From Candidatus Poribacteria bacterium (GTDB lineage Bacteria > Poribacteria > WGA-4E > WGA-3G), in the NCBI GenBank assembly GCA_963665235.2, contig CAXXLX010000001.1:3904001-3968000 (forward strand): a stretch of DNA of 64,000 nt. Reading direction: 5' to 3'. Position numbers and translations under genes: made by a program. Every line of letters starts with the position of its first letter. The first letter of the stretch is position 1. Under the pieces are notes generated by a model. That model did not search any database, was not told the DNA's origin, and saw only the letters and a list, made by a program, of their open reading frames with translations. Positions 29,527-40,425 of this stretch are shown in pieces.

Positions 29527-30764
29527 ACTAAACTTTGGACAATTTTAGGGTGTGTAAAGTCAAAGGCTCTTTATAGATGGAAGGGTGGAAGAGGGTGTGG
29601 TCAAAGGGATAGATGGAAGGGTGGAAGAGTGGAAGGGTGGATTTCGCTTGTGTTGTCTGAATCACGGAAGGCACGGAGAACAGAGAGAACGCGGAATGGA
29701 AGGTGCGGAACAATCAAAGGTTTGTGATTATAGGTTAGGGTGTTGTTCTTTCTATAAAGATACCGCCCCGCTGGGGCTATTTTGTGGTGTGGTTGCGTTT
29801 TCTATAAAGATACCGCCCCGCTGGGGCTATGCTTTTGCACATTGGTGTCTCTTTTCTACTGTTTGTGTTTGTGTGAGCAACAGTGAGAAAAATCAGAAAT
29901 GCTTTGAAAATCGGGCATCAGGCTCACGGATATTGTCCAAACTATAGTATTATTTAGAAAGGATACCATTTTTTTATTTTCCTGACAACAAGGCTTTGTA
30001 CAAACAGTCCGATGTCTTATGTAGGAGTGTGCTTCGCACGCGACTGGCACCCCTCGACCTGTCTGGAATCCCGACATTCATCTTATGTAGAAACCTGCTT
30101 CGCACGCGACCTCCTAACGTAACTTGAGGGGAACAGTCCGCTCTTAGCCCCAGCGGGGCGGTATCTTTATAGAAAACCCAAACAAAACACAAAATAGCCC
30201 CAGCGGGGCGATATGTTTATAGATGTTAGCCAAACCCCGCTTCTTTCCGCCTCCGCCGCGTCCTCCGCACCTTCCTTGATTCAGCAAAAAATGCGTAGAT
30301 GTTAGCAACAAACCTCTTTTTTCCGCGTCCGCTGTGTCCTCTGTGTCCACCGCACTTTGCGGCATCCTCGCCCAAATGCGACGGGCATTCTGACAAAAAA
30401 AGCACAACATCCCTTAATCACAAAACCTTGACGCATACACACCTTAAAATCCGCGTAATCCGCGATAATCCGCGATTTGCGGCGTATTCGCCCAAATGCG
30501 CCGTGCATTCTGACAACACACGCGAAATCCACCCTGCCCCGCTTCCACCCTTCCACCCTTCCACTTATCATAGTGCAACGTGAGTTTGATAATAAATGTC
30601 GGTTTGCACTAACCCCTATAAAGGTATCGTCCCGATGGGACTAAGATTTGGGGCGTGTCCCTCTGCTTCTATAAAGATAGCGTTCCTAAGGAGCGAGCTG
30701 GTTGCCGGAATACTAAGGGAAAACTTTTTCCAAACTCACGTTAGTACAAAAACTTTACACACTC
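29527..30764. repeat. Composite mosaic of REP/MITE modules arranged as a large imperfect inverted repeat
   Basis: GGAAGGGT octamers, CGCGGA nonamers, CTATAAAGATACCGCCCCGCTGGGGCT hairpins (29752, 29802; reversed 30146, 30196), GTAG REPs in the centre. Confidence 0.8.
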
Positions 30765-30780
30765 ATTCCGAAAAAAGAGG

Positions 30781-30998
30781 TTGACAAATAATTCTGCATA
30801 GTGTAAACTTTAAAATGAATTCTGTGAGCGAAAGCGGACCGAAAAACCATAGACCCTCACAGAAGGGGTTGAACCCTTATAGACTGTGGCTTGAAATGTC
30901 CATCTACCTATTTTTGGCAATTTCTGTTGCGGGAAAAAGTGCCGCTCACAGAAATGCAGGCTTTCATGCTATGTACAGTAAGGGTTGAAAACGCGGGC
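30781..30998 (+). promoter_or_regulatory. CRISPR leader with promoter
   Basis: TTGACA-N17-TAAACT at 30781-30809; TCTGTGAGCG / CGCTCACAGA inverted motifs; directly precedes first repeat. Confidence 0.7.
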
Positions 30999-31788
30999 GT
31001 TGAAACGAAAAGATGCCCGATTACGAGATTGAAACGATACCGTTTGACTTTGGCGAGAATCCGATTCTTATTGATGGTTGAAACGAAAAGATGCCCGATT
31101 ACGAGATTGAAACACTGACAGTCACCATGGACGTAGCTGGCAGTCTCGGGTGTTGAAACGAAAAGATGCCCGATTACGAGATTGAAACTTCCGTCATATT
31201 GTTGCCCCGAAAAGTTTCTCGGTTAGTTGAAACGAAAAGATGCCCGATTACGAGATTGAAACTGAAAACATAGCATCAGACCGAAGTGAACAAGGTTTCC
31301 GTTGAAACGAAAAGATGCCCGATTACGAGATTGAAACGAGGAGACAGAGTTGTCCGGCCCGCCCGATGTGTTGAAGTTGAAACGAAAAGATGCCCGATTA
31401 CGAGATTGAAACCCCGTGTAAGCCGTCTATGGTGGATTTAGACGCGATTGAGTTGAAACGAAAAGATGCCCGATTACGAGATTGAAACGGTACCTAATTC
31501 CAATCCGATGGTGGAAAGCATCAAAGTTGAAACGAAAAGATGCCCGATTACGAGATTGAAACCCATCGGTTCGTTGGTAACAATCGGAGACAAGGTCAGT
31601 TGAAACGAAAAGATGCCCGATTACGAGATTGAAACGATAAATCTCCTCGTGGTCAGCTTTCTCACCTGTTTCCTCCCAGTTGAAACGAAAAGATGCCCGA
31701 TTACGAGATTGAAACCAGCAGTTGTCAAAATGGTTGACGGGGCGGAAAAGTGTTGAAACGAAAAGATGCTCGATTACGAGATTGAAAC
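30999..31788 (+). CRISPR. CRISPR array, 11 repeats and 10 spacers, no cas genes in window
   Basis: 37-bp repeat GTTGAAACGAAAAGATGCCCGATTACGAGATTGAAAC; unique 36-43 bp spacers; last repeat has one C>T change; ATTGAAAC 3' end typical of Cas6-processed class 1 repeats. Confidence 0.98.
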
Positions 31789-31795
31789 AAATATT

Positions 31796-34297
31796 TTAGG
31801 GTGGAGAAACAGTATACGTAAACCAACATCGCGTCCCATCGGTTTTCAAAATAATCGCCCCGACCTGATCGGTCCGTAACTGAACAGCATTCCGTTTCCG
31901 ATACCGGGCCACGACCTCCGGATGCGGCAATCGATACCGATTCCTTTCACCAAGTGAAAAGATAGCATACCGGGGTTGAACAGCATCTAAAAACTCGGCA
32001 CCGCTTGAGCTTCGGCTGCCGTGATGCGGCACCTTCAGAATTTCCGCCCTTAAATCTTGCTGCGATGCAATTAACCGCGCCTCCGCCTTTGTCTCAATAT
32101 CCCCAGTGAACAGGATGTCCACTTCACCGTAGCTGAGCTTCATCACGAGCGAATCATCGTTCTTATCCGTATCCGTAAGCACGGTAGATACTGCATCGAT
32201 GGGGTGTAAAAGATTAACCGTTGCGGTCGGAGTCAAATCAATTTTTCCTGCGTATGGAAAAGCGTAGGGAATATTTCGCGACTTGGCAATACTGCGTAAA
32301 CGTTCATAGTTTTTGGAAGCCAACGTCACGTCCGGAACTCCGATGAGTTGCTTCACCTTAAAGTTTTGGAGAATGTATGCAAGCCCACCCTCATGGTCTG
32401 CGTCTGGGTGGGTGAGCATAACCGTGTCAAGAGCTCGAATGCCGTGCCTGTCCAAGTAAGGTTCAATAATGCGTTCCCCCACGTCATATTCAACCATCTT
32501 CTGCCGCTCTGGATTGAAATACGAACTTTGGATGCCGCCATCAATCAACATCGCTCGGTTATCGGGAAATCTGATGACTGCCGCGTCCCCTTGACCGACA
32601 TCAAGTGTAATCACCTCTAACAGACGACCTTTTTCATGGAGTGCACTGCTCCAAACCCAAATTGCCACGACCGATAACCCGATAAGACTCGCCACACGCC
32701 ACTGTTTATACACATACCGCCAGTGGACAATACCGAGACATACCGCTATGTAAACAACGATGAGCCCTAACGTAGGCGGCGTCACCTTCATGATGCCCCA
32801 CGCCTGTCCAAAAATGCCGATGAGTTTTAGAAAAATGAAGATAATCGCATGATTAACCATAGCGAGGAGTTTGGCAAGCGGAAGATAGATAAAACCTAAA
32901 GAGACCGATACCATGCCTATACCAACGATTAATGAAACAAGGCCAACAGCAAACGGCCCCACAATTACGCCTAGCGGATATGCCCTGAAAAAATGGTAAG
33001 CGATAAGGGGGCCAGTACCGAGCTGTGCCGCGAAAGTGACGAGGTAGGATAGCACTAACCATTTCACGGCTCTGTCCTTAAATCTGAGCGGAATACTCGA
33101 ATCCGCAGCCTCCCCGGAATCCCACAACTTCTGTAAAGGTCTCTCCATTTTCGGAACAAAATAGACAATGGAAGCGACAGCGACAAACGACAACTGAAAA
33201 CCGACATCCCACACCTGTGTTGGGTTCAAAAGGAGTAAAACTAAGGCAGCAACAGCCAGAAGATTGAAGAGGTCCGCATCGCGGTCAATAATAGTGGCAA
33301 ATAGAAATAGAATTGCCATGAACGCGGCGCGAAATACAGAGGGACGGAAACCGACTAAAACGGCATAGATAAGCACTGCGCCAATTGTCAACAGACACAG
33401 CATCTTTCTATGAAGCCGAAACACGGACAACCCAAAATAACAAAACATTGCGATAAGTCCAACGTGCAACCCGGACACCGATAACACATGGAACGTGCCG
33501 CTGTTCCGAAAGATGTCCAAGGTCTCTGATGGCACATCACCCCGTTTTCCGAGGAGAATGCCTTTGAGCAGTTGTGCATGCAACGCATTGGTAGGAGGCG
33601 TTTCCAACCCTGATACATTGCCCGATATATTGGTAGAAAACGTTTGTAACCCCGTGTAAGTTGTATCAATTAGCTGCTCCGTCTGAATGCGGAGGGTTTC
33701 TATCCATTGTAGCGGTAGAAATCCTGCTTGTTCGCCTATCTGCGACGTGTCTTGCGGATAAATTATACCAGCAACATTTTGCCGTGCAAGATAGGCACGA
33801 TAGTCAAATCCGCCAGGGTTCCGCCGTGTTTGCGGTTGACGCAGGACACCTATTAGCCTTAGGCGGTTACCGTAACGGAGCGGCATCAGTTCTTGAAACC
33901 GTATCAAGAACTTTGCTTTCACCGTTTGTGTCGGTTCAGATAGGAGTTGAACCTGTCCGACAGCGTAACAGGCATCCCACGCTGTTCCGCGTTCCGGTTG
34001 ATAGACAGTTTTACCTGTAAAACTGACCCGCTGCTCATAAAAATCGGAGGGAATTGATGAGAGCGTTGAAATTTCTAGACGTAACATTCCGCCCGCAAAA
34101 ACAGCGATGTGAAGCAACAGGTAACACAGGTATTTTGCCCGGGATTTCGCCAGCATACTCCCAATAAGGCATATTAGGATAGATAACCAGAGCCACAGGA
34201 GCGGAATTGCTGTATATCTACCCGTTACAATGCCGAGCAAAAACGGAATAATGAAGTAGAGCGCAGGCCGTGGTTTGAATCTCATTACAATTTGCAT
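31796..34297 (-). CDS. comEC: DNA internalization competence protein ComEC/Rec2
   Basis: NPGGFDY, HVLSVSGLHVG, GFQLSF, LDVGQGDA, THPDADH, KVPHHGS; start 34297 or 34285. Confidence 0.95.
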   Translation of the reverse strand: MQIVMRFKPRPALYFIIPFLLGIVTGRYTAIPLLWLWLSILICLIGSMLAKSRAKYLCYLLLHIAVFAGGMLRLEISTLSSIPSDFYEQRVSFTGKTVYQPERGTAWDACYAVGQVQLLSEPTQTVKAKFLIRFQELMPLRYGNRLRLIGVLRQPQTRRNPGGFDYRAYLARQNVAGIIYPQDTSQIGEQAGFLPLQWIETLRIQTEQLIDTTYTGLQTFSTNISGNVSGLETPPTNALHAQLLKGILLGKRGDVPSETLDIFRNSGTFHVLSVSGLHVGLIAMFCYFGLSVFRLHRKMLCLLTIGAVLIYAVLVGFRPSVFRAAFMAILFLFATIIDRDADLFNLLAVAALVLLLLNPTQVWDVGFQLSFVAVASIVYFVPKMERPLQKLWDSGEAADSSIPLRFKDRAVKWLVLSYLVTFAAQLGTGPLIAYHFFRAYPLGVIVGPFAVGLVSLIVGIGMVSVSLGFIYLPLAKLLAMVNHAIIFIFLKLIGIFGQAWGIMKVTPPTLGLIVVYIAVCLGIVHWRYVYKQWRVASLIGLSVVAIWVWSSALHEKGRLLEVITLDVGQGDAAVIRFPDNRAMLIDGGIQSSYFNPERQKMVEYDVGERIIEPYLDRHGIRALDTVMLTHPDADHEGGLAYILQNFKVKQLIGVPDVTLASKNYERLRSIAKSRNIPYAFPYAGKIDLTPTATVNLLHPIDAVSTVLTDTDKNDDSLVMKLSYGEVDILFTGDIETKAEARLIASQQDLRAEILKVPHHGSRSSSGAEFLDAVQPRYAIFSLGERNRYRLPHPEVVARYRKRNAVQLRTDQVGAIILKTDGTRCWFTYTVSPP

Positions 34298-34350
34298 GGA
34301 ATTTGTGGTAGTATTCCATGCATTATAGCGTATCCTATGAAAATTATCAA

Positions 34351-34436
34351 GGGGGTGTAAAATTTTTGTCACAGAGATAGGTGGAAGGATGGAAGGATGG
34401 AAGGATGGAAGGATGGAAGAGGGGAAGCGGAAGAAG
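34351..34436 (+). repeat. Dispersed terminal motif plus (GGAAGGAT)n octamer run
   Basis: GGGGTGTAAAATTTTTGTC then GGAAGGAT x4; related to 28367-28460 and 36055-36110. Confidence 0.75.
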
Positions 34437-34461
34437 TTGGAGGCACGGTCTGCCGTGCTGT

Positions 34462-35883
34462 TTAATCAAACGTAAATTGCGTTCGAAATTCACCCCAAGC
34501 AGCAACCCCACCCCCATAAAATAGCATTGCCAACGGAATTAACACCCAAATAGATAGGTGCCCTTTCAGCAGGACCAAACCTGCTCCCATCACAGCGGAC
34601 AGAACAACCGCCTTGAAAATAAAACGGAGCTCTGTGAGTTTCACAATCTGTTTTGAAATATATCCAAACCCCACGACAAGCAGGTAGGCCTCACTTACAA
34701 CCATCGCAACTGCCGCCCCAACGTGGCTGAAACGCGGAATCAGCACTAAGTTCAAACCGATATTCAGAAGTGCTGTTGTCCCCATAAGTATTGAAAACGC
34801 GCGTCGTTTATCCGCCGCGCGAAGCACTGTCAAAACCACAGTTGTTAAAAAAATCAACCCGCCTGAAGCACTTAACCATTGCAACGCCACTGCGACCCTT
34901 TGCAACGTATCGGGTGTATAGGTAGGGAATAACGCGGCAGTGAGCTCATAGGCTAGCGTTGAAAGCCCGATTGCGAAAGGCATGCCGCTTAGCATCATCC
35001 ACCGCATACCGAACGTGTACGCCGCTGGCAACTTGTCAGGATTTTTTTCATAGAGACGGGATAGCACAGGAAACATTGCACCCATCATGAATGCCCCTGG
35101 CAGAATCGTCCAAGCGTTGACAATCGTATAGGCTAAGCCGTACCACGTGTTTGCATCCACACCGTACGGACTCAGTTTTGACAGCATAATTGCATCAATG
35201 CGGAAATAGAGTAGGTGGAACAGATTGCCAATTGCAAACGGCAATGCCTGCTGCATCAGCACCCTCACAATCTGTCGACTCGGCGTAAATCGGAGCGAGG
35301 TGAAACGGTATCGCGCGAACCCTACGCTCAACATCAGGTTAACACCGCTTGCTATCAGCATCACCTGACAGACGTTCACAAGTTGATAGCCGAGCAGAAT
35401 TGCCGCCCCCCCGGCTACGAAAAAGGTCACACGCTCAGCAACTACCGTCCATGCCTCATACTTCATCTGCTCGTGTGCGCGAAAGACGCATCTATAGAGC
35501 TGTGCGATGGAATTGACAATCTCCGCCAATCCCAGATAGACTATCATGAACACGATGATTGAGGCATAGCCGAGGTACACCCCGGTAACAATCATAAGGC
35601 TATACGCCACAACCGATAAAACGAGGCGGACGAGCAGCGCATTGCCGAGGTAATGCCGCGTTTGCTGCAGCTGTAACGTCATCTCCCGAACCAACGGGTT
35701 ATGCATGCCGAGTTCTGTCAGGCTTGCAATGAGGTTCGTCAAAGCGATTGCAACAAAATAACCGCCTAACGCATTCTCCGTAAAATAACGAGGCATCAGC
35801 CAAATCGTTATGACGAGCGAGCCAAGGCGGCCTATAAGGTGTGCACTAAATAGCGCAGACGTGTTTTTAAAAATACGATTCAT
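34462..35883 (-). CDS. Polysaccharide flippase (Wzx/MOP superfamily)
   Basis: Many TM helices; ELGM, YFRIDAIML, LNIGLNLVLIPRFSHVGAAVA. Confidence 0.88.
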   Translation of the reverse strand: MNRIFKNTSALFSAHLIGRLGSLVITIWLMPRYFTENALGGYFVAIALTNLIASLTELGMHNPLVREMTLQLQQTRHYLGNALLVRLVLSVVAYSLMIVTGVYLGYASIIVFMIVYLGLAEIVNSIAQLYRCVFRAHEQMKYEAWTVVAERVTFFVAGGAAILLGYQLVNVCQVMLIASGVNLMLSVGFARYRFTSLRFTPSRQIVRVLMQQALPFAIGNLFHLLYFRIDAIMLSKLSPYGVDANTWYGLAYTIVNAWTILPGAFMMGAMFPVLSRLYEKNPDKLPAAYTFGMRWMMLSGMPFAIGLSTLAYELTAALFPTYTPDTLQRVAVALQWLSASGGLIFLTTVVLTVLRAADKRRAFSILMGTTALLNIGLNLVLIPRFSHVGAAVAMVVSEAYLLVVGFGYISKQIVKLTELRFIFKAVVLSAVMGAGLVLLKGHLSIWVLIPLAMLFYGGGVAAWGEFRTQFTFD

Positions 35884-35934
35884 CTATGTCCTTGGCGATG
35901 GACTATACAATAGCAATTAGCGGATTGCCAATTG

Positions 35935-36148
35935 CGATATGTTTATAGATTTTAGCCAAACCCCTCTTCTTTCCGCGTTCTCTGTGTCCTCTGTGTTTTC
36001 CGCGATTTGCGGCGTACTCGCCCAAATGCGACGTGCATTCAGACAAAAAACGCGAAAGCCACTCTTCCACTCTTCCACTCTTCCAGCCTTCCACCTATTC
36101 CTGTGACAAGAACGTTATCCACACCTAAAATTGTCCAAAGTTTAGTAC
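35935..36148 (-). repeat. Composite repeat element copy
   Basis: Same module order as 29527-29780, 30200-30570 and 57977-58180. Confidence 0.75.
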
Positions 36149-36149
36149 A

Positions 36150-36875
36150 TTAATACAATCCAATCCTAACATAATTCGGCACCAAGGTCCAATAGCTGTC
36201 GCTATCGTCCCGCTTCAGCCGTAGTGCACCGAGTTTAGCAATTGTCGCCCCGCGCGGCACATTGAAAATAGCGTCCGCAAAGGGAACTGCCGCTTCTCCT
36301 ACAGGAGCAGTTTGTGCCCCGGATATTATCCTCAACTGTCCCAATTTCTCGCGAATTGTATCCCCGTACGTTACAAGTCCATCCCCCACGAAAATGAGCA
36401 TAGAATCTTGTGAGATATGCCCCTCAAGTTCATCTAAGAACGTCTCAATCGGTAAACAGAGGTCATCGCTGAGACGTTCCCAGGGTGTGCCGCCGTGGAA
36501 GATAGCCCCATAGATTTCGCTCCGCCGTGCATCAAGAATCGGGCAGACAATCCCATCTGTCCAACGCAGATTATATGCAATCGCCTCTAAAGTTGACACA
36601 CCAACAATCGGTTTATCAACGGCGTAACAGAGCGATTTCGCAGTCGCCACGCCGATGCGAATGCCTGTAAACGACCCGGGGCCAATACCCACAGCACACC
36701 CATCTAGGTCATTTGGCGTAATGTTCCCCCATTTCAGAACAGTGTCAATTGCGGGCATTAGCCTAGAGGAGTGCGTTTGGACGATATTCAGTGTATGTTC
36801 AGCGACTATGGCATCGTCATCTATGAGGGCAACACTGCCGATAGGGGTTGAGGTGTCAATACCTAAGATTTTCAT
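36150..36875 (-). CDS. tsaB: tRNA threonylcarbamoyladenosine biosynthesis protein TsaB
   Basis: ILGIDTS, GPGSFTGIRIG, DARRSEIY, PNYVR. Confidence 0.95.
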   Translation of the reverse strand: MKILGIDTSTPIGSVALIDDDAIVAEHTLNIVQTHSSRLMPAIDTVLKWGNITPNDLDGCAVGIGPGSFTGIRIGVATAKSLCYAVDKPIVGVSTLEAIAYNLRWTDGIVCPILDARRSEIYGAIFHGGTPWERLSDDLCLPIETFLDELEGHISQDSMLIFVGDGLVTYGDTIREKLGQLRIISGAQTAPVGEAAVPFADAIFNVPRGATIAKLGALRLKRDDSDSYWTLVPNYVRIGLY

Positions 36876-36934
36876 TTTGCTTCAAGTTCCTGGAGCGGGA
36901 TATTACCCGTAATTTAAAAAAATTGCAATTTTAT

Positions 36935-36963
36935 TTGCTTTTTATACGAAGATGTGGTATCAT
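36935..36963 (+). promoter_or_regulatory. tRNA promoter
   Basis: TTGCTT-N17-TATCAT with extended -10. Confidence 0.6.
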
Positions 36964-36987
36964 TAAAATAGAGTGTTCAAATCATTA

Positions 36988-37060
36988 GGGGGATTAGCTC
37001 AGTTGGGAGAGCACTTGCATGGCATGCAAGGGGTCACCAGTTCAAATCTGGTATCCTCCA
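36988..37060 (+). tRNA. tRNA-Ala (GGC)
   Basis: Complete cloverleaf, anticodon GGC, G3:U70 alanine identity pair, TTC loop; CCA not encoded. Confidence 0.97.
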
Positions 37061-37092
37061 TTATTTTTAACTTCGGTAAGTTGCCCTGAAGA

Positions 37093-37278
37093 CATAGTGC
37101 TGCTGTCCACTTATTACAACGTTTCTAATTTCACAGTTCTCTTCCGATAATGACAATGCCTACCGTAACCACTTGCACTTTTGCATCGGCATATCGTCAT
37201 CCAATTATAGGGTAGGCAGCTATCTTAGGAAGAGAACCCCTCAATTTGGGTTAGTTAGTTGGCAAGGGGCCCTCTATA
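37093..37278 (-). ncRNA. Candidate 6S-like RNA
   Basis: TTGCCT-N17-TATAAT promoter at 37282-37310 with no ORF behind it; rod structure with 10-bp and 8-bp stems, AT-rich central bubble, ~185 nt. Confidence 0.5.
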
Positions 37279-37339
37279 AATATTATACCACTTTTCTGTA
37301 AAATAGGCAACTTTTTTGAGCATAAATGCAAAAAAAGTC

Positions 37340-37368
37340 TTGACACAACTTTAATTTTCGGTTAAAAT
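37340..37368 (+). promoter_or_regulatory. bioD promoter
   Basis: TTGACA-N17-TAAAAT. Confidence 0.65.
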
Positions 37369-37442
37369 AATAAAAAATGACGTTATATCGCAATCGGGTG
37401 GCAGTTCCAACGTCAAAAACCGAGTAGAATCTTCAAATATAA

Positions 37443-38180
<738 letters not shown>

Positions 38181-38279
38181 CTTTCATGCGTTATAGATTG
38201 TCTGAAAATGAAGTAGCTTTTCGTAACCGTTCCACTTAATTTGCGTAATTTGATTAAGAAGAGTAAAAAGAAGGAAATA

Positions 38280-38666
38280 TTAACTTCCCAAGAGTTCTTT
38301 GAGAAGCTTTGTGAGTTCATCGTTTCCCGAGGCAAGTTCCAATACGCGTTTGATTTTATCCTCACGGGAGAGCTCGGATTCGGAAGTCCCCTCAGGAGAC
38401 CACAGTACCTCTAGCTCTTTGGGATTCAACCGGTCGTAGGTCACTTTGACAAGTGTGAGCGAATAGTTTTCAGGAATAAGAACAATCCAGTCAATGGTTT
38501 CGCCACGGGCTGAGTATTCTCTATCGACAGTCAGTTTTGATTCCTGATGCGGTACGTTCTTTTTAATCCACTGTTTGCGTCCGAGTGTGTCAGTTTCAAA
38601 GAAACCGACCTCTAGCCAACTTCGACCTGCACCGTTCGGTTTTGTAATGACTTCAATGCGTTGCAT
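38280..38666 (-). CDS. Hypothetical protein
   Basis: 128-aa ORF with GGAG upstream and plausible composition; no recognised motif. Confidence 0.6.
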   Translation of the reverse strand: MQRIEVITKPNGAGRSWLEVGFFETDTLGRKQWIKKNVPHQESKLTVDREYSARGETIDWIVLIPENYSLTLVKVTYDRLNPKELEVLWSPEGTSESELSREDKIKRVLELASGNDELTKLLKELLGS

Positions 38667-39079
38667 ATCTGTTCAATGCTCCGTTTAGAATTTAGATTTT
38701 TGCCGTAACCCATTTCGGGACATGCTGGCGACTAAGTATGAACAGTTTAGCATGCAGCGAGAAAAAAGTCAAGGAGTTTCTAAAATAAAGTATCCCTATT
38801 TTTTTTGTGAGTGTTCATGGGTAGGTTAGTTGTTGTTTGGTAACCAAAGGTTAGTGCCTAGAAATTTAGGCTTGACATTTTTTGTAACCTTTGGTACCCT
38901 TTCATTGTCGATTGATTAGAGTGGTGGATGGTAAAGTGGGTTTCCATCCACTACTCCCCTCTCGTGACTTGGTCGTGACTTGGTAAAAACCCACACTATA
39001 CGAAATCACTTAGGTAGGTAAAAGGGTAATGCCCACAAGACGTTCATTTTTTTCGGTTCCAAGTTAGGGGATTCAGTCC

Positions 39080-40357
39080 ATGCAAGTCGATATGAGATAC
39101 GGCACCGGGACGGTAGCGATAGACATTCCCGCCAAAAATATTGCGGGAATTCTAGAAACTTCGCAAAGCGTTCCGCTAACCGATGCGGACGAAGCCATTC
39201 GGCAGGCAATTTTGCACCCTATCGGCTCAGCACCCTTAGCTGAAATGGCGAAGGGACGCGCCTCCGCGTGCATTGTAATCTCCGATATAACGCGTCCAGT
39301 GCCGAATCAGATAATTCTGCCCCCCATATTGGAAACACTCGAACAAGAAGGCATTCCACGCCAAGCAATTACTATCCTAATTGCGACAGGCATTCACCGA
39401 CCCAACGAAGGTGAAGAACTCGTTGAACTGGTCGGACGGTACATTATGAACACGTACCGTATCGTCAATCATTTCTCACAAAAACCAGAAATGCACACAT
39501 ACCTGGGTGAAACACGGACAGGGACACCTGTTTATATTGACAAAACGTATCTTGAAGCGGATTTGAAGATTACGACCGGCCTCATTGAACCGCATCTGAT
39601 GGCAGGGTATTCAGGCGGCCGGAAAGCAATTTGTCCAGGACTCGCCTCTGTAGAAACGATGAAAGTGATGCACGGGCCCGAGCTAATGGAGCATCCGAAT
39701 TCTGCTGTCGGTATTCTAGAAGGAAATCCATTTCACAGAGAAGCCACCGAAATCGCGCGAATGGCAGGAGTCGATTTTAACCTCAACGTTGCAATTGATA
39801 AGCAACGACAAATAACGGGGGTTTTTGCGGGAGATTTAGTCGAATCTCATCTAGTCGGCACCCAATTCGTGGAAAAGCATGCGAAGGCTACCCTGCCCGC
39901 GCCTGTAGATGCAGTTGTGGTCTCTAGTGCAGGCTACCCCTTAGATACAACGTTCTATCAGGCCATCAAAGGTTTACTTACGGCTGTTGAAATTGTCAAG
40001 CAGGGGGGCAGTATCCTGCTAGTAGCCGCTTGTAGTGAAGGCATCGGAAGCAAGCCTTTTACAGACCTGCTTTTCAAAACCGATGACCTAACCGCGTTTG
40101 TAGAAGGCCTTTATAATCCTGCCAACTTCGTCATCGATCAGTGGCAATTAGAGGAATTGGCGAAAGTTGCACGGAAAGCGGATATTTACTTTTACACAGA
40201 TGGGATTCCGTATCACCAACGTGCGAAACTGTTTGTGAACCCATTGAAAAGTCCACAAGCGGGCATTGAACAATTTTTAGTCCAATATGGCGAAGATGTC
40301 CAAATCGCGGCAATCCCTGAGGGGCCGTACGTCTTAGCCAAAATAGAAAACGTTTAA
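39080..40357 (+). CDS. larA: Nickel-dependent lactate racemase (LarA) family protein
   Basis: SDITRP, ATGIHR, IVNH, PHLMAGYSGGRKAICPG, FYQAIKG, ACSEGIG. Confidence 0.9.
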   Translation: MQVDMRYGTGTVAIDIPAKNIAGILETSQSVPLTDADEAIRQAILHPIGSAPLAEMAKGRASACIVISDITRPVPNQIILPPILETLEQEGIPRQAITILIATGIHRPNEGEELVELVGRYIMNTYRIVNHFSQKPEMHTYLGETRTGTPVYIDKTYLEADLKITTGLIEPHLMAGYSGGRKAICPGLASVETMKVMHGPELMEHPNSAVGILEGNPFHREATEIARMAGVDFNLNVAIDKQRQITGVFAGDLVESHLVGTQFVEKHAKATLPAPVDAVVVSSAGYPLDTTFYQAIKGLLTAVEIVKQGGSILLVAACSEGIGSKPFTDLLFKTDDLTAFVEGLYNPANFVIDQWQLEELAKVARKADIYFYTDGIPYHQRAKLFVNPLKSPQAGIEQFLVQYGEDVQIAAIPEGPYVLAKIENV

Positions 40358-40425
40358 CAGACAGCGACTCTTGTCAACGCATTCATTTTGCACGCACAAG
40401 ATTTCGCACCACACTATAGTTCAGC

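Noticed and set aside
28348-30784. Many short ORFs in the repeat mosaic (also 57235-58900 and 30891..31118)
   Set aside because: They translate repeats or CRISPR DNA and show no RBS or protein motifs.
31263-31273. Spacer 4 match (TGAAAACATAG) to the ~214-bp repeat near 29090 and 29305
   Set aside because: Only 11 nt match, which is compatible with chance. No full self-match was noticed, but I could not search exhaustively.
36988-37060. tRNA as integration site of an island
   Set aside because: No integrase and no duplicated tRNA 3' end were seen in the window.
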